Both the position numbers and the translations under genes were made by a program. This document shows positions 37,053-46,670 of a DNA stretch of 64,000 bases, piece by piece. The notes under the pieces were generated by a model. It searched no databases, was not told where the DNA came from, and was given only the letters and a program-made list of their open reading frames with translations. Position 1 is the first letter of the stretch. Each line of letters starts with the position of its first letter. Source of the DNA: an uncultured Opitutales bacterium (GTDB lineage Bacteria > Myxococcota_A > UBA9160 > SMWR01); contig CAXMOC010000023.1 in NCBI GenBank assembly GCA_964194865.1, positions 1,400 through 65,399 of the forward strand, written 5' to 3'.

Positions 37053-38372
37053 TCACGCTGCGGCCCCGCGACTCTCGTAGTCCAGGTGCCCGTACTCACC
37101 GCGATGGGTGTCCAGCATCGAACCGAGATGCTCGCGTAGCCGCTGTCTGCCGGTCCAGATATATCGACTCGGTTCCACTTCCTCCAGGTCGCGCATTTCC
37201 ACGAGATCATCGACGTACGCGCTGGCTTCGTCGTGGGCCACGACCAGTCGAAAAATATTCTGATCGACCTTCCACAGCGGCTGATGCTCAACACCGCCCC
37301 AGGCTAGATCGAGTACCCGCATCGGTTGCGTGCGGTGGTCTGCGAGAACCCTGTAGAGTGCTCGTAGCCGAGCCGCGGTCAACTCGAGATCGCGCATCGC
37401 CATCCGCTTGGGATTGGGGTACACGATCTCGTGGCTCGGGTAGGTGGTGCACGAATCGACGGGAAGTCCGAGTAGCCGTAGGTTCGACTCCAGGTAGCGC
37501 AGGATTCCACAGCGGTCTTCGGGGACTCCGGCGTGGCGCGCGATGGAGCGCGGCGTAACGAGAGAGGTCGTTGCGGGAAGCCACATGTCGCCCGAGATGA
37601 AGTGCTCGCCATCGATCAGCACACACAGATGGCCGGGAAGGTGGCCGTCGAAGCGCAACACTTCGATCCGTCCCCCAGCGAGTGTGACCCGCTGCTCCGC
37701 CGGATCAATCTCACGATCCACGCGCATCGCTCCATCTTCGCTCGAGCCCCAGGGCGAGCTGTTCATGTCGATGCTCGCGTTCCCGAGCATGTCGACGTAG
37801 TGCTGGTGGATCGCATCGGTGATCGAGTCGATCGGGACGTCGATTTCACAGTCCCGGAAGAAGCCGCCCTTGACCTGGAAGAACGATTCACGCCGGCTCA
37901 CGACCGGAAACAACGCCTCGGTGAAAGGGTGGGTGAGGATTTCGACGGAGTCTTCGAGCGCCTCGACGGCCTTGTGGCCACCCGCGTGATCGAAGTGCGC
38001 GTGCGTGTAGAGCACCTGGATCGGGCGCTCGCCGAGGCTGCGTCCCTCGCTCGCGACGATCTCTTCGAGAGTACCTGGGAAGACCTCGCCTGCCGTCGTG
38101 CGATAAGTCGAGTCGGTCACGAGGAGAAGGTCCGGTAGCGAAATCACATGGCAGGCCACCGAAAAGGAACTCGCTCCGACCGGAGAGCCAGGTGCATTGA
38201 ACTTCTCCAGCAGATAGCGCGTGGTCGGTGTACGAAACTTGCTGAGGACGAGGTCGAGTGGGCTCTTCACTCTGGATCCATCGCCGCCAAACGAGACGTT
38301 TCCCGATTCGGCATCGATGCGATAGATCCGGAGTCCGTCGGCTCCGGATCCGACCTGGCTCCAGGTGATCAT
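37053..38372 (-). CDS. Metallo-beta-lactamase-fold hydrolase
   Basis: THAHFDHAGG (HxHxDH), GHLPGH, SGD, PSH. Confidence 0.88.
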   Translation of the reverse strand: MITWSQVGSGADGLRIYRIDAESGNVSFGGDGSRVKSPLDLVLSKFRTPTTRYLLEKFNAPGSPVGASSFSVACHVISLPDLLLVTDSTYRTTAGEVFPGTLEEIVASEGRSLGERPIQVLYTHAHFDHAGGHKAVEALEDSVEILTHPFTEALFPVVSRRESFFQVKGGFFRDCEIDVPIDSITDAIHQHYVDMLGNASIDMNSSPWGSSEDGAMRVDREIDPAEQRVTLAGGRIEVLRFDGHLPGHLCVLIDGEHFISGDMWLPATTSLVTPRSIARHAGVPEDRCGILRYLESNLRLLGLPVDSCTTYPSHEIVYPNPKRMAMRDLELTAARLRALYRVLADHRTQPMRVLDLAWGGVEHQPLWKVDQNIFRLVVAHDEASAYVDDLVEMRDLEEVEPSRYIWTGRQRLREHLGSMLDTHRGEYGHLDYESRGAAA

Positions 38373-38397
38373 GCGAATCTCCGGCGGGAATGCGGCT

Positions 38398-39657
38398 TCA
38401 TCGGCGTTCGAACGCGAGCGGAAGCGACTTGGGACCGCGCAAGAGCATCGAATCGATCATCGCAATCTCGTCGCCCTCCCGGCGAAGGCATGCACACTTC
38501 GAGAACAGCGTCTCGAAGGCGATTCGAGCCTCGAGACGCGCCAACGCCGCTCCCAGGCAGAAGTGGATTCCGTGGCCGAATGCCAGGTGGCCCTGTGTGT
38601 CGCGGTGGATGTCGAAACGATCGGGATACGGAAACTGCCGCTCGTCGCGGTTCGCTGAGGCGAAGAGCACCATGAGGAACGCGTCCTTTTCGATCTCGGC
38701 TCCCCCCAGCTCCACATTCCGCGTCGCCTGCCGGGGGATCCCCTGGACCGGCGTGTCGTAGCGCAGGGCTTCTTCGATCATTCCGGGGATCAGCGAGAAG
38801 TCCGAGCTCACAGCCTCGAGCTGATCGGGGTGGTTCAAGAGCGCCATCATCGCGTTTCCGATCAGATTGGTCGTTGTCTCGTTGCCTGCGATGAGCAGCA
38901 GCAGGATGAAGGCGAGCACCTCGCCGTCCGTGAGTGCATCACCCTGTTCTGCATCGACCAGGACGCTGATCAGATCGTCTTGTGGGTGGGCGCGCCTTTC
39001 GTTGGCGATCTGCTCGAAGTACTCCGCCATTTCGTCTGCTCCCCGGACGACGTCCTCGCGGCTGAACTCGCCCGACAGACCCGACAGCCCGATCACGACG
39101 GTGTCGGACCAGTGCTTGAACTGTTCCCGCCGTTCGGGCTCGACTCCCAGGAGCTCGGCGATCACCGTCACAGGGAACGGGGTGGCCAGGTCCCGAACCA
39201 GCTCCATGTGGCCGGTGGCTGCGACGCGGTCGACGAAATCCTCTGCGATCTCGCGAAGCCGGGGCTCGAGGGCAGCCATGCGGCGAGGGGTGAAGCCGCG
39301 GTTCACGAGTCCGCGCAGTCTCGTGTGCTTCGGCGGATCGACCGCAATCATCATCGATGAGGAAAGGATTCGATGGCCTGCCAGGGATCCGGAGTTTGGG
39401 CCGATTCCGATACTGCCCTGAGCCAGGGCGTCGAGCGCCGTCGACGAGAAGACTTCGGGATCGTGAATCACGCGCTGTACGTCGTCGTATCGACTCACCG
39501 CGAAGATGGGCAAGCCGGGCAGCATGCGCTTGACCCCGCCTTCGCGACGCATTGCGGCGTAGTAGGGGTACGGGTTCGCCCGAACGTGCGGGAGCAGGGG
39601 ATTGTAGTCGGCGGCCGAGATCTCTAGCTCGGCTTGCGGCGTCGTCGCGGTGGCCAT
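38398..39657 (-). CDS. Cytochrome P450
   Basis: DPPKHTRLR, AGNETTT, EEALRY, heme motif FGHGIHFCLG; GAGGAG RBS before ATG 39657. Confidence 0.96.
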   Translation of the reverse strand: MATATTPQAELEISAADYNPLLPHVRANPYPYYAAMRREGGVKRMLPGLPIFAVSRYDDVQRVIHDPEVFSSTALDALAQGSIGIGPNSGSLAGHRILSSSMMIAVDPPKHTRLRGLVNRGFTPRRMAALEPRLREIAEDFVDRVAATGHMELVRDLATPFPVTVIAELLGVEPERREQFKHWSDTVVIGLSGLSGEFSREDVVRGADEMAEYFEQIANERRAHPQDDLISVLVDAEQGDALTDGEVLAFILLLLIAGNETTTNLIGNAMMALLNHPDQLEAVSSDFSLIPGMIEEALRYDTPVQGIPRQATRNVELGGAEIEKDAFLMVLFASANRDERQFPYPDRFDIHRDTQGHLAFGHGIHFCLGAALARLEARIAFETLFSKCACLRREGDEIAMIDSMLLRGPKSLPLAFERR

Positions 39658-39694
39658 CGACTCTCCTCGTAAAAGGGGCGGGGTGAGGTTCGGC

Positions 39695-40978
39695 TCAGCT
39701 CGCCTCGCGAGCCAGGGGCAGGCTTCTCGGTCCACGCAGCAGGAAGGAGTCGAGATACTCTGTCTCGTCTTGCAGGCGCCGGAGCCGACCGGCTCGTCGA
39801 AACAACTCTTCGAAGCCGACGCGCGCCTCGAGCCGGGCCAGCGACGCGCCCAGACAGAAGTGGATTCCGAACCCGAAGGCCAGATGGCCCTGTGGGTTAC
39901 GCGTGATGTCAAAGCGATCGCCGTCGGCAAACTGTCGGCTGTCGCGGTTGGCCGACGCGAATACCGGCAGCACGATCGAGCCTTTCGGGATCTGAGTATC
40001 CGAGAGCTCGACATCTGCCTTGGCCTGACGGAAGAGCATCTGAACCGGGGAGTCGTAGCGGAGGACTTCTTCCACCATTGCCGGTATGAGATCCGGATTC
40101 TCTTGAACCTTGTTCAGCTGCTCGGGATGGTTCGACAGCGCGACCATTCCATTGCCGATCAGGTTCGTCGTGGTCTCGTTTCCCGCGACCAGAATCAGGA
40201 TGGTGAACATCAAGGTCTCCATCGGACTCAGCGCGACCTCACCGCCTTCCGCAGCGATCAGGGTGCTGATCAGGTCGTCCTTGGGCTCGCGCCGACGCCG
40301 CTCGATTGCATCGAGGAAGTACTCGTTGAATTCGCGGAATACCCCGAGAACCACCTCCGGCTGGGATCCCGATGCCGAACCCGTCGTACTGGTGATGAGC
40401 GTGTCGGACCAGCGTTTGAAGTCCTCGAAGCGCTCGGATTCCACGCCAATGAGCTCGGCGATCACCGTCACGGGAAGCGGAACGGTGAAGTCGGCGACGA
40501 GATCGAACTCGGGCTTCTCCAGCATCCGGTCGAGAGCGTCGCTTGCGATCTCGCGGATACGCGTTTCGAGTGCGGCGATTCGCCGCGGTGTGAAGCCGCG
40601 ATTCACGATTCGGCGAAGCCGTTCGTGCTGGGGTGGGTCGGCCGCGATCAACGACGGCTTGGTCATCATCTCCTGGGGATCGAAGGGAAGGCCCTTCGCC
40701 ATTTCCATGAGAGTCTGCATCGCGACTGGGTCGAGACTCTGCCCACCCATCTGCTGAATCCCCAGCCCCATACCGGCGAGCATCATCATCATCATCGCGC
40801 TCGACGAAAAGAGTTCCGGGTGCTTGAGAACGAACTGAACATCGTCGTATCTCGTGACGAGGTAAAAGCCCGAGCCTTCGACGCGATACACGGGTGCGTG
40901 TTCGCGAAGCTCGGCGTACCGCGAATAGGGATCCGCCCGGTTTTCGAGCGAGAAGGGGTCGTAGTTCACAACGGCCAT
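39695..40978 (-). CDS. Cytochrome P450 with Met-rich insertion
   Basis: DPPQHERLR, AGNETTT, EEVLRY, FGFGIHFCLG. Confidence 0.96.
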   Translation of the reverse strand: MAVVNYDPFSLENRADPYSRYAELREHAPVYRVEGSGFYLVTRYDDVQFVLKHPELFSSSAMMMMMLAGMGLGIQQMGGQSLDPVAMQTLMEMAKGLPFDPQEMMTKPSLIAADPPQHERLRRIVNRGFTPRRIAALETRIREIASDALDRMLEKPEFDLVADFTVPLPVTVIAELIGVESERFEDFKRWSDTLITSTTGSASGSQPEVVLGVFREFNEYFLDAIERRRREPKDDLISTLIAAEGGEVALSPMETLMFTILILVAGNETTTNLIGNGMVALSNHPEQLNKVQENPDLIPAMVEEVLRYDSPVQMLFRQAKADVELSDTQIPKGSIVLPVFASANRDSRQFADGDRFDITRNPQGHLAFGFGIHFCLGASLARLEARVGFEELFRRAGRLRRLQDETEYLDSFLLRGPRSLPLAREAS

Positions 40979-41240
40979 CGGCTCTCCCGACAGAGCCCGC
41001 TGGAGGGCTTTTCTGCCTCGCGAGTCAGCGGCTTTCTAGCCTTTCAAGACGTCTTCAGCAAGAGAGCACGCCCCGCTGTCTATGATCGGGAAGAGCTCGA
41101 AATATACGGAACGGCCTGCTTTAGCGATAGATTTGGGACCGGGCCGGTCGCGTTTTTGTAGTGCTTGCGGTATAGGTTTTCTGACTTTCAGGTCTATGGG
41201 ATGATTCGTCCCGGCTCTATTTCGCTGGGAGCACCAATTC

Positions 41241-41894
41241 ATGGCGGCGGTGGAAGAGCGGCAGGCCAAGGCCGAGCGAACGCGGGCCCAGATCCTCGCC
41301 GCGGCCAAACACCGGTTCTCGGCGCACGGCTATGCCCAGACCCGGCTTGAAGACGTCGGCGAGGACGTGGGAATCGTTCGCTCGGCCGTCCTCTATCACT
41401 TCGAGGATAAGGCGCAGCTGTACAAGGCCGTGCTCGACGACCTCTTTGACCCCCTGCTCGATGAGCTGAGATCGGCTCTGATCGCACCGGGCACCCTTCC
41501 GGAGCGTATCGAGTCCGCGGTCTCCAGCTTCGTGGACTACATGGGGCGGCGGCCCGCTGCGGCGCGGATCGCAATGCGCGAGTCGGTTCACTCCGATCCG
41601 GCGATTGTCCAAGCGATGCGCGTCCAAGCAGCCCCTTATCTCAGTCTCCTCACGATGATCTTCGACGAAGGCGAGCGTTCTGGGGTCCTCCAACCAATCC
41701 GTTCGGATCCGCTGCACTTCATCAGCATCGTCGCAGGCTCGACTCTGTTCTACATCTCAGCCCTTCCCACCTTCGTGGGCGATCTTCCCTACGACCCGCT
41801 TTCGCCAGAGCAGCTCGCGGCGCACAAGCGAGACGTTCTGAACATCACGCGCCGTCTGCTCGGAATCCGTGGCCCGCGCACGATGAGAACCTGA
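41241..41894 (+). CDS. TetR/AcrR-family regulator, divergent from the P450 operon
   Basis: TRAQILAAAKHRFSAHGYAQTRLEDVGEDVGIVRSAVLYHFEDKAQLY. Confidence 0.92.
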   Translation: MAAVEERQAKAERTRAQILAAAKHRFSAHGYAQTRLEDVGEDVGIVRSAVLYHFEDKAQLYKAVLDDLFDPLLDELRSALIAPGTLPERIESAVSSFVDYMGRRPAAARIAMRESVHSDPAIVQAMRVQAAPYLSLLTMIFDEGERSGVLQPIRSDPLHFISIVAGSTLFYISALPTFVGDLPYDPLSPEQLAAHKRDVLNITRRLLGIRGPRTMRT

Positions 41895-42005
41895 CGTTTC
41901 GCGCGCAAGGCGGTCTTTCGCTGCAATGACTCGAATGAGAGCTGAAGTCAACCCTCCCCCGATCGGATTGACCTGCCGGTCCCCCAGGGCGTGACAGATT
42001 GGAGG

Positions 42006-45000
42006 ATGCCCGTGAGCTTCCTGGAGACCGTCCGCCGCGCTCGCTCCCACCTAGAGGAGCAGGGCCGCGTCTCGCTAAGCGCACTGAAGCTCGAGTTTGA
42101 TCTCGACGACGCCCTGCTTGAGTCCCTGATCGAAGAGCTTGTGGACGTTCAACAAATCGCGGCTCGCGAGGGGCGGGTTCTCATTCGGGTTGGGCCAGCG
42201 CGTTCAGAGCCAGCGATCATAGAGCTTTCCAGTGTGGAACGCGCCCCGCGCGATTACACGCCGAAGCACCTCGCGGACAAGATCCTCCAGTCGAAGTCCG
42301 CCATCGGGGGTGAGCGCAAGCAGGTGACGGTGCTCTTCGCCGACGTGCGGGGATCCATGGAGCTGGCGGTGCAGGTCGGCGCGGAGGACTGGCACGCCAT
42401 CCTCGAGCGTTTCTTCCAGCTCCTGGCTGACGGCGTGCACCGCTTCGAGGGCACGGTCAACCAGTACACTGGTGACGGGATCATGGCGCTGTTCGGAGCG
42501 CCGATCGCCCACGAGGACCACGCCCAGCGGGCCTGCTATGCCGCGCTCCACCTGAGCGAGTCCGTCGGAGAGCTGGCTCAGGAGCTGCGTCGCGAGCACG
42601 GCCTCGACTTCCAGATGCGCATCGGCCTCAACTCGGGCGACGTCGTGGTCGGAAAGATCGGCGACGACCTGCGCATGGACTACACCGCGCAGGGCGAGAC
42701 GGTGGGTCTCGCGCAGCGGATGGAAGCGTTGGCCGAGACTGGTCGGCCGTACCTCACCCAGGCGACGGCCGCGCTGGCCGAAGGCTGGTTCGAGCTGGCC
42801 GATCTCGGCGAGTTCAAGGTGAAGGGCGCGCCCCTGCCGGTGCATGTCTTCGGTCTGGACGGTGTGGGGAGCATTCGCACACGCCTCGACCTGTCGCGCG
42901 CCCGGGGCTTCTCGCGCTTGGTGGGCCGCGAGGACGATCTCGCCACGCTCGAGGCGGCGCTCGAGCAAGCGATGGAAGGACAGGGTCAGGTGGTGGGTAT
43001 CGTGGCCGACGCTGGCGTCGGCAAGAGCCGTCTGTGTCTCGAATTCACAGACCGCTGCCGCTCGCGCGGGATCACGGTGCGCGAGGCGCAGGCCGTCTCG
43101 CACGGTCGGAACGTCCCGCTGCTCCCGGTGCTCCAGCTCCTGCGCGATGTCTTCGGCATCGACGCGCGCGACGCCGACGCCGAGGCGCGCCAGAAGATCG
43201 CCGGCGCCGTGGTGCTGCGCGACGAGAGTCTCCAGCGCGATCTTCCGCTGCTCTTCGAGTACATGGGTGTGCCCGATCCGAAGCGGCCGGCGCCGCCGCT
43301 CGAGCCCGACGAGCGCCAGCGGCGGCTCGGGGGCCTGCTGCGTCAGCTCCTCCAGGCGCGCAGCCGCGAGGAGGCCGCGGTCTACCTGGTGGAGGACCTC
43401 CACTGGATCGACGAGGCCAGCGAGGACTTCGTGGAGCGGATGGTCGAAGCCATCCCGGGCAGCCGGAGCCTGGTGCTCGTGAACTTCCGGCCGGAGTACG
43501 AGGTGCCGTGGGGTGGGAAGTCGTACTACCGGCAGCTCCCACTGCTTCCGCTCGGGGCTGACGCCATGCGCGAGCTGCTGGTGCACCTGCTGGGCTCCGA
43601 CCCGTCGCTTGGCGACCTCGCCGAGCGGGTCGAGCAGCGCGCCTCGGGCAATCCCTTCTTCATCGAGGAGATTGTGCAGTCGCTGGTCGACGCGGGCAGC
43701 CTCGAGGGCGAGCGCGGTGCCTACCGGCTCGTCGTGCCCGTGCACGAGATCGCCCTGCCCGAGCGGGTGGAGACGCTCTTGGCCGCCCGGATCGACCGCA
43801 TAGGCGAGCGCGAGAAGCGTGTACTCCAGACGGCGTCAGTGATCGGCGGAGAGTTCTCGCGCGCCGTTCTGAAGAAGGTGGGCGAGTTCGACGACGAAGA
43901 TCTCAACGAGGCCCTGCGAGGGCTGACCGCCGCCGAGTTCGTGCACGAGCGCCAGATCTACCCCGAGCTCGAGTACGCCTTCAAGCATCCCCTTACTCAG
44001 GAGGTGGCGTACCACTCGCTGCTGGGCGAGCGCCGCCGGGCCAGCCACGCGGCTGTCGCGCGCGCCATTGAGGAATTCGAGGGCGAGCGCCTGGACGAGG
44101 TGGCTTCGCTGTTGGCCCACCACTACGAGGAGGCCGCGGACACCCTCGCAGCTGCCCGCTGGCACGCGCGCGCCGCGGGCTCCTGGACCACCAGCGCCTT
44201 CCGCGAGTCGTTCCGCCATTGGCAGCGCGTGCGCGAGCTGGGCGGCGAGCTGCCCGATTCGGAGGAGGCCCTGCGGCTGCGGCTGTTGAGTATCGGAGGC
44301 TGTCTCAGCCTGGCTATTCAAGTCGTGCTGGACCGGGCGATGGGTGCCGAGGAGGTCGCCACGCTGATTCGAGAGGGGCGGGAGCTGGTGACGCGGCTCA
44401 ACGACCCGCGAGCAAAGGCGAACTTCCTGCTGGGCGCAACGACGGCCGTCGGCGGCTCGCAAGAGCTGGCCGACGCCATCCCCCTCGCGCTGGAGGCCCT
44501 GGCCGATGCAGACGCCACGGGCGACGTGATCTTCAGGCTGGAGGTTCGCGGCCGGATTAGCCCGTTCCTGGCAAGCGCCTCGCCGCGGCTCGCACTCGAG
44601 ACGGCCGAGGTCAGCGAGTCCTTGCTGGCGGAGGCGCGGTCGACTGGCATCGAGGTTCCCGGGCCGGTGGTCTTGCTGCTGGAACAGGTTCGCGGTCTGG
44701 CCCTCATCCAGGTGGGTCGCCTCGACGAGGCCGGCGAGGTCTTGGAGCGCGTTCGGCAGCAGGCGGCGGGCGACGAGTTGATGCTGACCGGGGTCACCTG
44801 CTTCCTCACGCAGAGCGAGTCCCAGCGAGGGAACGCGGCGAGGGCGGCCGACTACGGAAGGCAGGCGGTCGACTTGGCCGAGAGGATGGGAAGGGGGACT
44901 AGCATCGTGCTGGCCTACTTGGTGTACGGGCAGGCCCTAATCGTGGACGAGCGTTTTGACGAGGCGCAGCGGGTCCTGGAGCGCGGGCTGGACTACGCCG

Positions 45001-45419
45001 ACGAAGGTGGAGTGAGGCTGCTCCGATCGGCAATTCAGGGCTCGCTGGCCGACGCCCTCTCTGGGCTCGGGCGCGCCAAGGAGGCGGTGCCGCTGGCGAA
45101 CGAGGCCATCGAGAACGGTCAGATCGTGATGATGATGGCGCTGGCGCACGTCAGCCGGATGCGTGCGTTGAGACTGCGCGATGGTCTCGCCTCGGCGCCC
45201 GAGATCGAAGCCGACCTAGCTGCCGTCGCCGCCCTCGTCGAGGAGCACGGGCTGCGCAGCGTGGCCCGAGCCATCCACGAGGAGCGCGCCCAGCTCGCGA
45301 AGCTCCACGGCGACGAAGCGGGGTTCCGGGCGGAGCTCGGTAGGGCGCGCGACGTCGCTACTGCGCTCGGGGCCACCGGCCACCTCGAGCGCCTCGAGCG
45401 CGAGCTCGCCTCCGCCTGA
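42006..45419 (+). CDS. Class III nucleotide cyclase + STAND-type AAA ATPase + TPR-like repeats
   Basis: QVTVLFADVRGS, GDGIMALFGAP, Walker A ADAGVGKS, Walker B VEDLHWID, GNPFFIEE, FKHPLTQEVAY, helical C-terminus. Confidence 0.92.
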   Translation: MPVSFLETVRRARSHLEEQGRVSLSALKLEFDLDDALLESLIEELVDVQQIAAREGRVLIRVGPARSEPAIIELSSVERAPRDYTPKHLADKILQSKSAIGGERKQVTVLFADVRGSMELAVQVGAEDWHAILERFFQLLADGVHRFEGTVNQYTGDGIMALFGAPIAHEDHAQRACYAALHLSESVGELAQELRREHGLDFQMRIGLNSGDVVVGKIGDDLRMDYTAQGETVGLAQRMEALAETGRPYLTQATAALAEGWFELADLGEFKVKGAPLPVHVFGLDGVGSIRTRLDLSRARGFSRLVGREDDLATLEAALEQAMEGQGQVVGIVADAGVGKSRLCLEFTDRCRSRGITVREAQAVSHGRNVPLLPVLQLLRDVFGIDARDADAEARQKIAGAVVLRDESLQRDLPLLFEYMGVPDPKRPAPPLEPDERQRRLGGLLRQLLQARSREEAAVYLVEDLHWIDEASEDFVERMVEAIPGSRSLVLVNFRPEYEVPWGGKSYYRQLPLLPLGADAMRELLVHLLGSDPSLGDLAERVEQRASGNPFFIEEIVQSLVDAGSLEGERGAYRLVVPVHEIALPERVETLLAARIDRIGEREKRVLQTASVIGGEFSRAVLKKVGEFDDEDLNEALRGLTAAEFVHERQIYPELEYAFKHPLTQEVAYHSLLGERRRASHAAVARAIEEFEGERLDEVASLLAHHYEEAADTLAAARWHARAAGSWTTSAFRESFRHWQRVRELGGELPDSEEALRLRLLSIGGCLSLAIQVVLDRAMGAEEVATLIREGRELVTRLNDPRAKANFLLGATTAVGGSQELADAIPLALEALADADATGDVIFRLEVRGRISPFLASASPRLALETAEVSESLLAEARSTGIEVPGPVVLLLEQVRGLALIQVGRLDEAGEVLERVRQQAAGDELMLTGVTCFLTQSESQRGNAARAADYGRQAVDLAERMGRGTSIVLAYLVYGQALIVDERFDEAQRVLERGLDYADEGGVRLLRSAIQGSLADALSGLGRAKEAVPLANEAIENGQIVMMMALAHVSRMRALRLRDGLASAPEIEADLAAVAALVEEHGLRSVARAIHEERAQLAKLHGDEAGFRAELGRARDVATALGATGHLERLERELASA

Positions 45420-45850
45420 TCCTGGGCGCGAATTGCACCGCGCGGGACAGGCTAGTCTAGCTCGACTGGTGAGCTTCGTGGAGAAGCTTCAGCGCGCCTC
45501 GCAGAATTTCAGCCCTTGAAATCTCTCGAAGCCGCGACTGGAGCAGAATAGACACTATTTAGTGCCTATGCGAATGTGTTGTGTGGATCGTGGGCGCATC
45601 GGCCGTGGGACCCCGCGCCGCACGATTTAGGGGGTGCCCCCGGGGTGTCAACCAGCCTTCGGTCTGCGGGCTTGGTCGAACGGTCGAACGGCACGTGCAC
45701 CAGCTCCGCAGCACGCCGGTTCGCGCGTTCGGGGCGCTTCCGACAATGATGGACGAATCTAGCTGCCGTTTGTTTCTTCGGTGTGGGTGGGGAGGGACTC
45801 CAACCCCCATCGGGGTGGGGGGTGCGCCCACGTGCCCCCCCCAGAAATTT

Positions 45851-45868
45851 GGGGCCGTATAGGGGCCG
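45851..45868 (+). repeat. Two tandem GGGGCCG motifs (putative integrase arm sites near attR)
   Basis: GGGGCCGTATAGGGGCCG, 11-bp period, about 95 bp inside attR. Confidence 0.6.
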
Positions 45869-45961
45869 TCTGCCGTCGCGGGTGCAGTCGTGTGCCGCTA
45901 CTTGCAGGCGCTTGCAACGCAGCAGACGTAACTACACGTCTTTCTTACGTCCTCGACCGAG

Positions 45962-46000
45962 GTGCATGATCGGGGATCTCGGGGTGGTGTCTTCCCCAAC
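45962..46000 (+). repeat. attR, 39-bp direct repeat (duplicated 3' end of the amidinotransferase gene)
   Basis: Identical to 23669-23707; encodes CMIGDLGVVSSP(T). Confidence 0.95.
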
Positions 46001-46073
46001 TTATCGGTCCAACGTGTCCCAATTTGGCTGACGGCTCGCAGACAGTGGTCCGCGGTCTGACAGATAGGTTCTA

Positions 46074-46670
46074 CTAGTTGTTCAGGTCATCGTCTTTGTA
46101 GTATTTGGTTCCTTGCAACGTGGCCTGCAACGCCAGACCGTTTTCCGTGAGTTGATATATGGAAACGCCGGGAACCACTGTTGCCGCCGCTTCACCCGAA
46201 CCACCCTTTTCGCCCGATTTTGCTGCGACGTCTGCCTGCGCGGAGAAGTCCCAACCACTGTTGACAAAGTTGTTATAGGCTTCTTTCGAGTGGAAGACAA
46301 AAACAACCCGAAAGTCCTTTACGCCAAGCCCAAAACCACCACCAACCGAAAACATTCGCATAAATGTTTCCTTACCCGATCCGGTTTCACGAACGATGCC
46401 GCCACCCCTCGCAGTTGACAAGAGCAACAAGTTGATCCCTACCGAAGAAAAGGCGGCAACCGCTTCTGACTTCTTCACCTCGTCCTCCACGGATGGTTTT
46501 TCCTTGTAGAGATCTCTGAGTACTTCACTTCTCATATCGCGGATGCCCTCTTTCTCCTTTTGAATTTTCTCGAGTTCCTTTTTGCTCTTTTCTTCCGCTG
46601 CGTAGACGACGGACGCCGTCGATGATAGAACGATCAGCAGACTGAATACGATGGATAGGAAACGGGTCAT
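46074..46670 (-). CDS. Secreted YSC84/SYLF-like lipid-binding protein, low GC
   Basis: Signal peptide, GGGFGLGVKDFRVVFVF, GWDFSAQADVAAK, YQLTENGLALQATLQGTKYYKDDDLN; visibly AT-richer codons; GAGGAG RBS. Confidence 0.85.
   Translation of the reverse strand: MTRFLSIVFSLLIVLSSTASVVYAAEEKSKKELEKIQKEKEGIRDMRSEVLRDLYKEKPSVEDEVKKSEAVAAFSSVGINLLLLSTARGGGIVRETGSGKETFMRMFSVGGGFGLGVKDFRVVFVFHSKEAYNNFVNSGWDFSAQADVAAKSGEKGGSGEAAATVVPGVSIYQLTENGLALQATLQGTKYYKDDDLNN

Larger units (their letters stand above)
23669..46000. mobile_element. ~22.3 kb integrative element (tyrosine integrase, PolA module, cargo)
   Basis: Exact 39-bp terminal direct repeats, integrase at the left end, excisionase-like HTHs, accessory cargo. 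Confidence 0.9.

Noticed and set aside
45469-45520. Short ORF start VSFVEKLQRASQN resembling a PyrF N-terminus
   Set aside because: Stops after 16 codons; too short to support
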